A stretch of DNA of 64,000 bases from Trichosphaerium sp. ATCC 40318 (taxonomy: Eukaryota; Protista; Tubulinea): NCBI GenBank assembly GCA_038496445.1, contig JALMLS010000033.1, positions 1 through 64,000 of the forward strand, written 5' to 3'. Both the position numbers and the translations under genes were made by a program. This document shows, one piece after another, positions 1 to 11,817 of the stretch; position 1 is the first letter of the stretch, and every line of letters begins with the position of its first letter. The notes below the pieces were generated by a model. That model saw nothing but the letters and a program-made list of their open reading frames with translations. It did not search any database and was not told the DNA's origin.

Positions 1-279
1 TCTCAATTAAGAAATATTGCCAAATCTAATAGCGTTTTATTAAAATACAAAGAATTCGATAGGATGTCGATTGTCAATCTATTTTCATGGATACTGTATT
101 TCTTCAAATAAGCGAAACAGAAAAACATCTCTATGCTCAATGAAGCGAACTGATTATTGTATGTATTGTTACTTTGTTTCAGCTATTATCTTATTGTTTG
201 TGGCGGGCTCTTCCTCTAAAATAGAAATATACACCAATTGCAACGAGACTTAAAACTACCAAAATAATCAAAGCAACAC
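1..279 (-). repeat. Inverted copy of the 3' end and 3' flank of the membrane-protein gene at 8738-9161
   Basis: 1-136 is the reverse complement of 9026-9161, and ~200-279 is the reverse complement of 8868-~8946. The minus strand reads QGWFGCVALIILVVLSLVAIGVYFYFRGRARHKQ*. Confidence 0.9.
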
Positions 280-660
280 AACCAAACCAGCCTTGCGTAT
301 TTTTTTGCCTCATTGACAAAACTTGATTTATCATCCAGATTAGAATAACTATGGAACCTACAGGCAGTAAATGCTCTCAGAGCTGTATCATGTATCACCT
401 TAGTATGTAAACATTGCGTATATATGTCAAGTAACGCGTATTAGCCGTATCAAAGGACAAAGAAGTGCTTGATGAGTTCAAAGTATCGGAAAAAGTGGTT
501 GAGATGGTTCCAGTAATGGCACATCAACTTGAAGTTGATAAAAGTAGCAACAAGAAGCTATTTCTGAACCTTGGCCATAATGTCACTTTAAAGGGCGTAA
601 AACGTATTCTCAGAGCGTCGGAATTGTAAAGAAAATAGTTAAAGCTTTGTAGAGGTACTA

Positions 661-2280
661 GAAGATATTGATGAGACAACGGAGCAAGTTTTCGAACAAG
701 AACTCGACCACGTGAAGGAAGCCATGATTGCTGCTGTAGTGGTTGAAAGTTAACGGCTCAGCTCTAAATGACTTTTCAAACAAAAACAACTCTATTTAAC
801 TGGCTAACCGGCTCCAAATTGTTACAATAAAACACGTGTTTGGAAATTTATTTGTAGTTTATGTAGTCTAAGTACTTAGCATTAACTGCAGCACAAACTT
901 GCAGTTCTAGAGATTTTGTACTCAGACTAGTACGTTTGCTTGTCATCACAATAGAACCACGAGAAAATACTCTCTCAACTGTTGCGGAACTTGCTGGCAT
1001 TCCTAAGTACACTCTAGGCAAAGCTGAAAGGAGAAAGTAAGAACGGTTGCCACGCCACCATGTTAATGGACACTGGTTTAAGGCAAGTGCAGGCATCCGT
1101 CTGTATTGCTTCAGTTCTTTGGCAATCTAAGAAAAAAAGAAAATAAAAGTCTCGAAAAAAAAAAGAATCCGAGGATCAAGAGCGGAAGCAACATGTTACT
1201 TGCCATGGTTTTGATCTTCGTAGAACCCATCTCAGTAACAAATTGTCTAAGCGCACTTGATCTTCATGCAATAGCGTAGGGTTTGCTTTGAATCCCATTG
1301 AGGTAAGCGATAGTTGTTTCAGCTGGGCTTTTGTTCCATCGTTTAAGCACAATTTACAAACTTGTAAATGCTTGCGAAGTGTATCAGTGCTGGAGTTGCG
1401 ACTGAATGGTGCTTGACAATAGGCACAAGAAACCTTATCAGGCGAGTCTATCATGGTCCATAAACAAAAACATCAGCAGTTCTTGTTCGTAGACGTTTTT
1501 TGGTTCCGCTACTTGGTTCAGCCGAAAAGATCTAAGTCAATTAAGTCATTTATTTTTCGTAACAGCCAAATGACTAAGCCGGTTAAATAAGCCGTTTACC
1601 AACAACCACTATGCTGCTGGATGGCTTGGTTGTCAGGTGACGTCCAGTAATTTTGGCGGGCTTTACTAAATTCCACATAGGAGCAATGCGAAATATACAC
1701 CACGGTGGTTGCTCTTAACAGCGATGATTTTGAGTCTGTATTAGAAGGGAGCGCGATGGATGTAGACTTCGCTCAAGTTGATTATCCAGAATTAAACAGG
1801 CGAGCCCAGAGAGATGCAGTTTCTCATACTGTGAAGCGTGCTATTGCAGAGAATACGGAAGATATCTACATGGACGCAATAAACAGAGCGTTTGAGATCT
1901 TTGCGAAGGAGATAGGATGTGCGTTACCGCTTGTATGCTTCAAGTATCAACTAACAAGTTCATTAAGCGAATAAGAAACTTGTTCGGTCTGTTTTCCATA
2001 CTAGCTCATTCATAAATGCTTATACTCGTCTTTATGATGAGACTTTGTTTCAATCAATCGAGAAGTATCCATACTTGCACGTGATTTTATTTCAAATAGT
2101 CTATATGACTTACAATGCCAATTTAGCAATGATCATTTGTCCCAACAAATGGTTGTCTTAGTTGAAAGCGCTTGCAGATATGCAGTCCAGAATGAGGACA
2201 CAGCAGCATGTATTAAATTCTTGGCCAAGTTCAAGACCAACTACCATTTGTTTACGGATATTGGAATTGGAAAAGTATAA
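661..2280 (+). pseudogene. Unknown spliced gene interrupted by the hAT insertion
   Basis: Removing 737-1611 and one TSD copy joins EDIDETTEQVFEQELDHVKEAMIAA to GWLGCQ. An intron then leads into EQCEIYTTVVALNSDDFESVLEG (ORF 1705-1974). The downstream part has in-frame stops, and the 5' boundary is uncertain. Confidence 0.6.
737..1611 (-). mobile_element. Non-autonomous, internally deleted hAT DNA transposon
   Basis: Imperfect TIRs TAGTGGTTG...AACGGCT at both ends and an 8-bp TSD TGCTGCTG (729-736, 1612-1619). It carries a BED-type Zn finger (VSCAYC...TDTLRKHL, 1176-1454) and a hAT C-terminal dimerisation domain (PLTWW...PASSATVERVFS, 848-1096). The catalytic core is absent. Confidence 0.93.
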
Positions 2281-2379
2281 TCTAAGTAATTTGTAGGTAC
2301 ACCCTTTGTTGTAAGATACGTAAAGATAAGGACTCTGTAAAAAGTATTATTAATTGCGTTGGAGGCTTGTCTACTGTAC

Positions 2380-2700
2380 CTAAAACGAGAGCTTTATTAG
2401 CACGCCTTGCTGTAAATTACAAGATCTAGCTTTTATGTAATAGTACCAATAAAAACAGTTTGAAAGTTCCATTGCAACACCATGTAATGCTTTGATGCCT
2501 TCATCCGTAACTCGGACACATCCATAAAGATTAAGTGTGAACACCTTTGAGCACTTTGATATCTTCATCTGCAATTTTCTGCAACAGGAAATATCGCCTC
2601 TACAAGTTCGGCGTATCCCGTTGAGTACATTTTGCGATAGTACGTGAGCGCTTGTTATACTGTAGCACCAAAAGACGTCACATGTGTTGCTGCTTCTGAG
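2380..2700 (-). pseudogene. Degenerate leucine-rich-repeat (F-box/LRR-type) gene fragment
   Basis: KVFTLNLYGCVRVTDEGIKALHGV matches a cysteine-containing LRR unit; there is no intact long frame. Confidence 0.55.
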
Positions 2701-2755
2701 TGATTACAAAACGACATTAAGCAAAGGTTCGCTTATAGAGTAGGTGTACATCAAC

Positions 2756-4405
2756 ATGGCAAAAGTGTTTGTAAGGTTTTTCGCTAAAACCGTTAAAGAG
2801 TTAAAGTGATTTAGGTGACCAGAAAGCTACCACAAGTAGTACTAGACAGGCTTAGCAACGCGAAACAAGTGTCTGAAGTTCGTGTACATGACGTACGACG
2901 TGTAATCGAACGCCCACGTACGCATACATACAAGTAGTATTGCTAAACGCTATTAGAATTGCTTAAAAACGTTGAGTGGTGTGATTGTCTACTATCGCAA
3001 CTGACAGGTGTAGTATTATTTTAAATGCATTACCGGGGCGTAAATTAACCAGTAAACATAGATAAAATAGATCAAGAGGTGTTGGAAAAGAATCCTGCTT
3101 TAAAAATAGTTGTACGCCATAATGCTTACGCCAGCGAGAGAACCAAAGCTACCTCGACCTCATTTTACATTTTGACTCAAACAAGTTTGCTTAAAACGTG
3201 TCCTTTTCGCGTTACTACGCTCAGTAGTCAAATAACGCTCATGTAGGCAAACTACGCTGTCGGTTACAATAACATTGACGTTAAAACTGCATCCAAACTT
3301 AAAATACCTGTAACAAACACTCCGGGAGTCCGTACGCACTGTTAAATTATCTTGTACCCTCCTTTGTTTGACATGTCATTCCTAGTTGATGATACAACAG
3401 CTGACTTGACTTTCGGTCTTCTACTGGCGACTGCGCGGCGTATAGTAGAAGCAGATGAATTTGTACGCATTCTTGTGACAAAAAACCTGTGAAATGTCAA
3501 CAACATCCTTCCGAATAGCAACTAACGTTGCTGTTAGATGCGGTCTGGAAAATACACAGAAACGAACTGGGATCCATTACTTATGACAGGTCATGATATA
3601 CATCATAAAACTCTTGGTATTGTTGGTCTGGGACGTATAGGTCAGGCAGTACGTGTCAATTCTCATTTACGTGATGATAAATTTCTAACATTTTTTTCCT
3701 CGCTTTCTAGGTTGCCAGGAGAGCAAAGGGCTTTGATATGAAGATTGTTTACACTTCTTCTAATGGTAAAGAAAAAGCAGAAGCTAAGGACATTGGTGCT
3801 GAGCTTGTAACCTTGGATACTTTGCTTGAGGTAATTAATTCACCAAATATGACTCTAACTCGCTAATGTAGCGATCGGATTTTTGTATCCCTCCACACGC
3901 CATTGAATGAAAATACAAAACACCTGATTAATGAAGCGCGTTTGAAACAAATGAAGAGTTCAGCTATCCTCATTAACGCCAGCAGAGGCAAGATTACTTT
4001 TTAATCAAGGAAAAACCAAAACACCACTCTAACTTCTTTGTACTTATTTTCTTTTCTTAGGACCTTGCGTTGACGAAGCAGCTCTTGTACGCGCCTTAAA
4101 ATCTGGAACTATTGCAGGCGCCGGACTAGATGTGTACGAAGCTCACTCAGTTTTTTTTTTTGACACTTTTTTGTTGGATTTTCTTTTGAAGGCTTGCAGC
4201 TTACGCCCTTCCTAGTTTCGAGCAAGAACCAGTAATGGAAAAGGATCTCGCTTCGTTAAAAAATGCAGTCATACTACCACATATCGGTTCAGCGTCAATT
4301 GATACACGTGTAAATATGGGAAATGCTGCTGTATCCAATATTTTAGCGCGTCTAGATGGTGCACCATTGCCATCTTGTGTAAACGGTTCAGACATTGGTT
4401 TATAA
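2756..4405 (+). CDS. Glyoxylate reductase / D-isomer 2-hydroxyacid dehydrogenase (multi-exon)
   Basis: Spliced motifs [58 protein letters not shown] (Rossmann fold), INASRGPCVDE, AGLDVFEQEP and LPHIGSA. Stop TAA at 4403-4405. Confidence 0.93.
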
Positions 4406-4433
4406 TAAAGTATACTAACTTTCAAAGCGGCAA

Positions 4434-5310
4434 ACGTAGCGTAGGCTTGTTGTTAATAACGGTTTATTCGATATCGCTCGAGTAGTATTCAATGTCATCG
4501 TAGTTAACAAAATCTGAGTTTGGTGGCCAGCAGTCCAGTGCTGGAATAAGCCTCGATAATATCGCAAATACAATACCAGCTAGACAAATAAAGCCAACTG
4601 AAAGCCCAAGAAGTATGTGCCAATATTTATCTTCCAAAAACACATATTTAGTTAGTTACGTGCGTAAGAGGTATTTGAGGAGAAGAGAAACTTCTTTAAA
4701 GATTTTTTGTTTGTTATTTCTGTTAAACAGCGTACAGCTTCTCGAAGGTGGTTCAGGAGATGTATGGTTTGTACCAACTAAGTTTGGAATCTATATTATG
4801 CATAACTAAGTGATTTTAACGTCACGTGCGTTTAAGATACTAACCAAGCTTGTAACTGATATCTCTATGAAAATAATAAGGAGTAGTGCATAGATGCGCA
4901 TTGTAAATAATTGGCTTTGTGACTAAGTGGCAACAAAGTCAGACTGTAACTTAAAACTTGCAAACCTGAAAAGTGTCACTATCACACTCGTTTTATCAGC
5001 GCCACGTTGTTGCTTTCAATCGCTTATGGGAACCCGGTTACTTCCAAACGTATTTGCAGTAACTTACAATAAGAAAATATTAGTAAAACCAAAACGCGGG
5101 CTTACAACAGCGCCAATCAAAGCCAAAACGAGTATCTTCAATACCTCTATCACTCATAATTTCCATCCGTTACGTCTTGCTTCAGGCAATATTTTATGGT
5201 GTCGATTATGGAATAACTGAGAATAAAACCGGAAGGACTTAGGCGGAGTTATAGTCGTTTGTACGAAGCGTGCAGTAAATGCATACTATGGAAAACACCT
5301 AACTGCTATC
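4434..5310 (-). pseudogene. Multi-pass membrane protein pseudogene
   Basis: Hydrophobic spliced frame YSIIDTIKYC...GKL*VIEVLKILVLALIGAV|LLQIRLEVTGFP*AIESNNVALIKR|SQSQLFTMRIYALLLIIFIEISV contains two in-frame stops (TGA, TAA). Confidence 0.5.
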
Positions 5311-6441
5311 GCTCAATGAAGATTTTCACTGAGTTAAATACAAAAGGAATGAATTAAATTGACCCCGGCACAGTAAAATGAAAAGTTGTCACGTGATTAA
5401 ATAAACGGAATCCAAACGGTTTTTGTTGAGAAGAGTAAGGTAAATGTGAAACGGTAGTGACACAACTGTTTTTTGAACACCTTTCGTTCGTTGGTTACAA
5501 TAACCGTTAAGATAAAAACTTGGTTTGAAGGCAGAAACGCTTAATATCACTAAAGACGCCTCACCACCTGAAGAAATTTAATAATCCCAACAGAAAACGT
5601 GCTTGTAGTCTAATGCGAGCGTAAATGGTAGCGATGGAAGTTATTGGTGAGATACAGGACTGGTTTTACTATAATACCAGTAGGGCGAAGTGGTAGAAGG
5701 GGTACACACCGACATGAACATTGTTGAACAATCATTCGAGTTTTTGATTTTTTTTTTTTTGGTTAACTTAATTTTTTAATATCACAGCCTAGCTCTACTC
5801 TTGCATTGCAACAACACGGTAAGCAAATGACGTTTAGGGGATAAGCTCCCATATTACTTGCTTTGCTCTAATGTATTGCTATAGGGAAGAGAGGTGATGC
5901 TCCTATAGGGAGACACCGTTTTTATGATTATACTATGACGCTAGCGTCGTCTGCTTGTACTGCATTAACGTTTACTTCACACCAACGCGGCTAAGACGTC
6001 ATTGTCGTGATGCAATACTACATAAAACTTCATTTCTCGCTTCCAACTCGCAGCAAACGCGTAAATCAACTCCCAACTCCGTTATAGACATCTACGGCAC
6101 GTGTTTAACTTTTAAGGATAAAAACCAAAGAACGCACCTTATTGTAATAAAATTGTTGCCATTTACCCTATTCTAGCTTTGACGACTAATTCTGCTATCG
6201 GCCGCCATTATCTTCCTGGCCCTCTGAAGGCGTCAAAAAAAAAACCAGGTTACTGCTCCTCAGTATTCGAAAAAAACCCAAAGTAAACTCCTTCTCCCGC
6301 CACTCTCACGACATCACTCCTGTCGAAGCGTAGAAATATCTCTCCGCAAACTTTCCCGTGCGCATTCACATTGCAGTAACTTTCCAATGAGGTTCCAACA
6401 TTTTCGCCAACACTAAGGTATTCACAACCAAAGAAAATCTG

Positions 6442-7302
6442 ATGATACCAACTACCAAAAGAAACCCTCAATTTTGTACAGTCCTAAAGACTAGTAATAT
6501 CGGTATCCCTTCCTACAACGAGGTTAGCTTGGTGTCTAATGGTAACAAAGACAATACCAGTAATAAAGATAACGAGAGCGCAGTACGTCATTTTTAAACA
6601 ATACTACAAAAAAAAAAAAGAAAAACATTTTCTGCAGAGCTAATATTTTCATTAAAAAAGGATCCCTTCTCCCTGTTCTCTCTAGACTATGATCCTATGC
6701 TGCAGAAGTTCTTCGGTAAAAATACTAGACCCGTGTTATATGCTTTGGCTATGACAATCCTTCTGAGGTTAGGTGTTATACCTGTCGAAGGACAAGAAGG
6801 ACGGTTTTTTCATGTGGTGTAAGCACATACGGTTTTTTTTTTTTTATCTTTTTACACATGCTTCGTTACTACAATTACGAGCGGTTTGTTAACTCTCGTT
6901 AGTAACCACGAGTCGTTTATGTTAGCAGTGGCCATTTTCTGCTCAGAGAAAAGCAAGAGACCTATAAACGCGTACAGCACTTACAGATCTATATCACGGT
7001 ACAAATCGGGATTTTGTCTACACATTGAAAATGTGTAAGTGTTATATTGTGTCTAACTTTTGTTTTAAAGATGGGTTAATATGCTTGATACACGTAAGAA
7101 AGGTCGGTCTTGGAGGTTTACATTAAAAACAGAAGAAGCGTCGCGTTGGTGTGAAGTAAACCATGAAATTAGAGCCATATTAAATGAAAAACTTAGCGTT
7201 TCTTGGACTTATAAGTGTAATGGCAAGGTGTCATACATGGAGCTTAATTCTTTTGACTTTGCTGTAAATGTGGACGCTGTAGCATGGGCTTGCTCATTAT
7301 AG
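6442..7302 (+). CDS. Uncharacterised protein, family copy 1 (putative HSF/ETS-like winged helix)
   Basis: Four exons: MIPTTKRNPQFCTVL...|DPFSLFSLDYDPMLQKFFGKNTRPVLYALAMTILLRLGVIPVEGQEGRFFHVV|NHESFMLAVAIFCSEKSKRPINAYSTYRSISR|WVNMLDTRKKGRSWRF...AWACSL*. Paralogs lie at 54109 and 57467. The start codon is uncertain. Confidence 0.75.
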
Positions 7303-7739
7303 CGCTTGTAATAATAAACCTAAGTAAAAAACCATTGTGCAGTGATTTCTGAAAATACTATAAAATTTTTTGGAGTTTCTTATCTCTGTAGTTTTTAGTT
7401 CCTCGTTTTTGAAAGTTTCGAAAATACATTAAACCATTACATCCTCATTTGTACGAAAGTTGAATGTACAGCGTTTAAATTAAACAAACTATTTTCTGAC
7501 TGTCTGGCCAGAAACAGAGCACATTGGGAAAAAAAAAAAGTGTATTGGGCCCTTTAAATAGAACACATAATCCTACATGTTCACATTGTTTTTTTTCCTC
7601 CGGAGTGATAGTGTTATGATCCTTGGAAGCGTTATTCAAGGTTCTACGCTATGCAAACCCTGTTCGTGGTGTACAAAAAGAGCGAACAAATCTTTCAAGT
7701 GTAGGAGATTTGTTTAAATTTACACCAACCATTTAACAC

Positions 7740-8166
7740 TCTGCTGTTCCGTAACGCCAGAAAATAGCTTTACCAGGCCAGGAAGTAATTTATAACCAAC
7801 CAATATCTGCTCATACCTCACTGTGACGGGATGTAAATAGCCGACGAAAAAATGGGATAATGTTTTAACATGTTAGTCTTGTACGTAAAGTAGAGTCCTT
7901 TAGCATTTATTATTACGACTGACAGCAAGAATTGTTAGCGTGTCTGATTGTTCTTTTGCCGAAAAAATCCATCCAAAAAGACCTCAAGATGCTAGAAAAG
8001 ATGATGGGCAGAACTTACAGCACTGTTTATGTTAGTACTTATAAAAAATGTCCAGGATAACACTACAGTGTATAGCAATCTTCTGGATGAAATGCCGGTG
8101 CAAATTGATGAAGTAAGCGGTAAAGAAAACCACATTCTGCTTGGAGATACTAATGCTTATACAGGT
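7740..8166 (+). mobile_element. Degenerate APE-type endonuclease fragment, probably a non-LTR retrotransposon relic
   Basis: VYVSTY...VYSNLLDEMPVQIDEVSGKENHILLGDTNAYTG resembles the ILxGDFNA motif of LINE endonucleases; in-frame stops are present. Confidence 0.5.
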
Positions 8167-8737
8167 TTTCAAGAACATTCACTTTCAATGCCTAGTTGCT
8201 CTTAGTGGCACATAGCGAACGCATTTACACCATAAGTGAAAAAGTGGAATGGAACGAGAGAAACTTCGTGAAACGTGCGAGTTGACCAAAATTAGCACTA
8301 TCGTTTTCTCTTAGTAGCTCCTTATCGCTTTGTCATCGCGTTATACGCATGTAAAACAGTATGGAGATCGAATATACCATCTAAATGAAATCCTTTCTGA
8401 CATTTCATTCAGTAAACACCATTCAAAAAACCAGTGTATTTTTTCGGGTTTTAATGTTGCAACACACGCACGTTTTTTCTTCTACTCTTGGTTGATGTAA
8501 CACCAATATCTCAATGCAATGTCACAAGTATTAGTGAACCGTCTGAATTTCCACTTTACAGGGAGTTTCTTCTTCGCGTCAAAAATATCTCGAAATGAAA
8601 TCAAGATAACGTACAGCCTCTTCTCCAAACACAAATGTTACTATTTACATCAACAAGAGATCATTTGGTAGTGTCTACGGCAGTAACGTAACAACAAGCT
8701 ATTATTTACATGTGAAGGGGAGACTGCTGTATTCAGC

Positions 8738-8980
8738 TTGAACCGAGATGGGTCATTGGTTGTTTTGGAGTGTGTTTCTCCTGGTGCTAACGAAACAAGT
8801 GCTGGGATGCTAGAGTTTAATGTTAAATCCATCAGTGAGACATCTACAAGACAGGGTTGGTTGGTAAGTGTTGCTTTGATTATTTTGGTAGTTTTAAGTC
8901 TCGTTGCAATTGGTGTATATTTCTATTTTAGAGGAAGAGCCCCGCCACCACCACCAAGAGCAATAGCTGTACATGCATAG
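8738..8980 (+). CDS. C-terminal part of a single-pass membrane protein (may be a fragment or pseudogene)
   Basis: Hydrophobic helix WLVSVALIILVVLSLVAIGVYFYF followed by an RGRAPPPPPR tail; upstream exons were not resolved. Confidence 0.5.
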   Translation: MNRDGSLVVLECVSPGANETSAGMLEFNVKSISETSTRQGWLVSVALIILVVLSLVAIGVYFYFRGRAPPPPPRAIAVHA

Positions 8981-9433
8981 AAACAAATCATATCATATAC
9001 ATACAGTTGGCTTCAGGTCGCGATTGCATAGAGATGTTTTTCTGTTTCGCTTATTTGAAGAAATACAGTATCCATGAAAATAGATTGACAATCGACATCC
9101 TATCGAATTCTTTGTATTTTAATAAAACGCTATTAGATTTGGCAATATTTCTTAATTGAGAAGCCCTTGGTGATTAGTGGTGGGAAGAAAGTCCTAATTT
9201 GGGAATTCCAAAGTTGGAAAAATTGAAGTTGTTTGTGTATATCACGCTTGGTTTGGATTTGTTCTACTGTAAGCGCTAGTACACCAAAACTCACAGGCCT
9301 TTTTTAGTGCCATACCAATTTGAGGAAGAAGTCGAGGTGAAATTGTGGCGCACAAACAAAGGTTTGCCGCCTTAAATCGCTTCTGTGAAGTACCGCGTAA
9401 AAAGGTCGGACTTTTTTTATTTGTATGTAGTCT

Positions 9434-10551
9434 ATGGCATACATAGCAGACGAGCAAGTTGAAAATGAACGTCTAGAAGTAACTAGGTATATTTGCGCTT
9501 ATGCAGAGCGAAGCGGACTGTATTTTCGTACAGTGTCGCGTGTGTACCACGATGAACGTAAGTTTAAAGGTTGACAAAGAAAGTTCAAGTTAACACTTTG
9601 AAAAGTCGTCAAAGCGGTAGAAATCGTCAATTCCGATACAATAATTAGGTTATATGGTCTTAACAACTCCAACGAAAAAGTTATTACAAAAAAATCGTTA
9701 CAAGACATGTTTGACGAACCAAGTCACACTGTAGTATTCATTTGTGGTACGTTACTGAAGTTTATTGCTTTTTTTCGTCTAAAACAATAAAAAAGTACAA
9801 ATCTTGTAGGCGCCTTTTCATCGCTTAATTACATGTCTAATCCAGTTTTTGACGAGAATCAAGCTTATTAAATTGTTTTCAGAAAAAGTAACACAAAAAT
9901 TTGTTGGATTTATTGTACTTGGTGAATTTACTCTTGGCTATGATGATTGGCCTGTATTCTCTAGAAAGATGCCAATATTCTCAGATATTGTGGAAGTAAA
10001 ACTAATAGCATCAAGCAAGCCAGGGATAGGCCGAATCTTACTTGCTCAAGTAATTTTACTTTTTTTTTCATGCCGTTTAAAAAAGGCTAATCTCATTTGT
10101 GCTACAGGGATTGTCGCTATCCAATGGCAAGTATAAAGCAGCTGTACTAGAGGTGCTTGGTATGCAACGAAACACTCGAGCTATTTCTCTTTACAAGTAC
10201 AACAATTGCTTAACGCCAGCCTCTAACACCTTTTTTGTTGATAGGGAGTTCGGATTTTCTCACCAAAAAGTTTATGATCCACAGCAAGGACCTAAGTACC
10301 AGCTAAGAGAGATTCACTACAATCAAATAATGTATTTTATGACGGTTTACCCAGAGTATAATAGAGATTTACTCACACTGCGTGATGTACAAAAAGTACT
10401 AAGTTTAGCTCGTTTGCGGCGCAAAAAAATAACAAGCCCAGACACGTGCGAAAATGCAGAGCTGGTGAAGCTCAAAGAGCTTCTAGATAATGGATTGATA
10501 CTTGAAGTAGAGTATAATGCTCGTAAGAAGGCATTGATGAATAGCACATGA
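9434..10551 (+). CDS. GNAT-family N-acetyltransferase with C-terminal SHOCT-like domain
   Basis: Spliced EVKLIASSKPGIGRILLAQ|GLS...AAVLEVLGMQRNTRAISLYK|EFGF gives GNAT motifs A/B. The C-terminus ELVKLKELLDNGLILEVEYNARKKALM fits SHOCT. The 5' exons are tentative. Confidence 0.7.
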
Positions 10552-11817
10552 CAGATCTACCATTAACCTTGTACAATAAAAAAAAAATAACAATAGTATA
10601 GTTGATGTCATGCTACAAGATCTAGTTTTCGTAACTAAAAACAAACAGAGAACTTTGCCTGATGCCCACAAAATCGAAGGCTCAGTGTGAGAATACATGG
10701 GTAGTGAGAACCTTGTATTTTGTAATAGACATATCCAGAAGCGATTCCATTGCTATCAAAATAAAATTGATAAAAAAGCAATCAATTTTTTCATTTATGC
10801 AACCCATTCAACTGCATCGCACACATCTCAAAGAGAAAGATGGTGGCACATTTTCTGGTATTGATACAGCTTATTTAAGGCTACGGTAGGCATAGTTTAA
10901 GACTGTTTTTTTTCAAATCAACAAACTGACTTTTTTGAAAAGAGAAAAAACGCATTTAGATATTCCTATTTTGTTCTTTCTTTTACTCGAGGGAAGGGTG
11001 CTTGATTAAAGTGCCAAGATCTCAATCAAAAAATTAATCACCAAAGCTCAAAGTGCCTTTAGAATATGCACGCGTTTGATATGAGGAGCAACGGTGCATT
11101 GCAAACTGAAGTGATTCCTTAAATGGAAGCTAAGCTAGACATTATTTTAACCATGAAGAGCCTCTGATATGCTCACCAGAAATCTACACAACTTAGTTGC
11201 ATACGTCCATAATATCTAGTTGTAGCTCTAGTGGGAGCTCAAGCAACGTTTGGCATACTGGTATACGTGTATCAACGGTCGCCATAACACCCCACAAGAG
11301 TGTTAGATAACAAAATACGTACTTCAACAATCAACTTTAATAACACTCCATGACGTACTCAACCAATGGATGCCAGCGGCGCTGATTTTAAAGATTTTCG
11401 TCCATACTCCCCAAGCTCACAACTTGTAACAAAGTGCATTGGAGCAGTCCTATAAGTCTTCTTAGGGTGAATATTTGGGGAGCGCCAACTGGGGCTATTG
11501 AAATCCCTGTACCACATTCCAAAAGGCAAGTTCTTGGATCTTAGATTACAACCCAATGTGTTCTGCGAGATGTCGTGTAACCTCTATAATAGACTGCGTA
11601 CACTTTTTATAGTGTAGTGGTTCGCATTTCAACGACGCTAGATCTTACTTTCCAACGTAAAAATAAAAACTTGCGGACAAAGAGCAAAATGGCTGTGTTT
11701 GTTTCAAACAATATAATGGATTACATTGTACTCAAGGTGTCAAATAATGTAGCGTTTACTTATTTATGACTTTAAATAGCACAAATAAAATACGCAACGA
11801 ACTAGTTAGGTGTATTT

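Noticed and set aside
4434-5310. Possible TGA=Trp recoding suggested by the in-frame TGA in GKL*VIEVLK and by Y*WLIK at 32978
   Set aside because: The same gene also has an in-frame TAA, and conserved Trp residues in NagB, the P450s and NT5C3 use TGG. Pseudogenisation and ordinary stops explain both cases.
10560-11650. Possible minus-strand gene between the GNAT and helicase genes
   Set aside because: It has splice-like signals, but every frame contains stops and no motif is recognisable; it may be a decayed gene.
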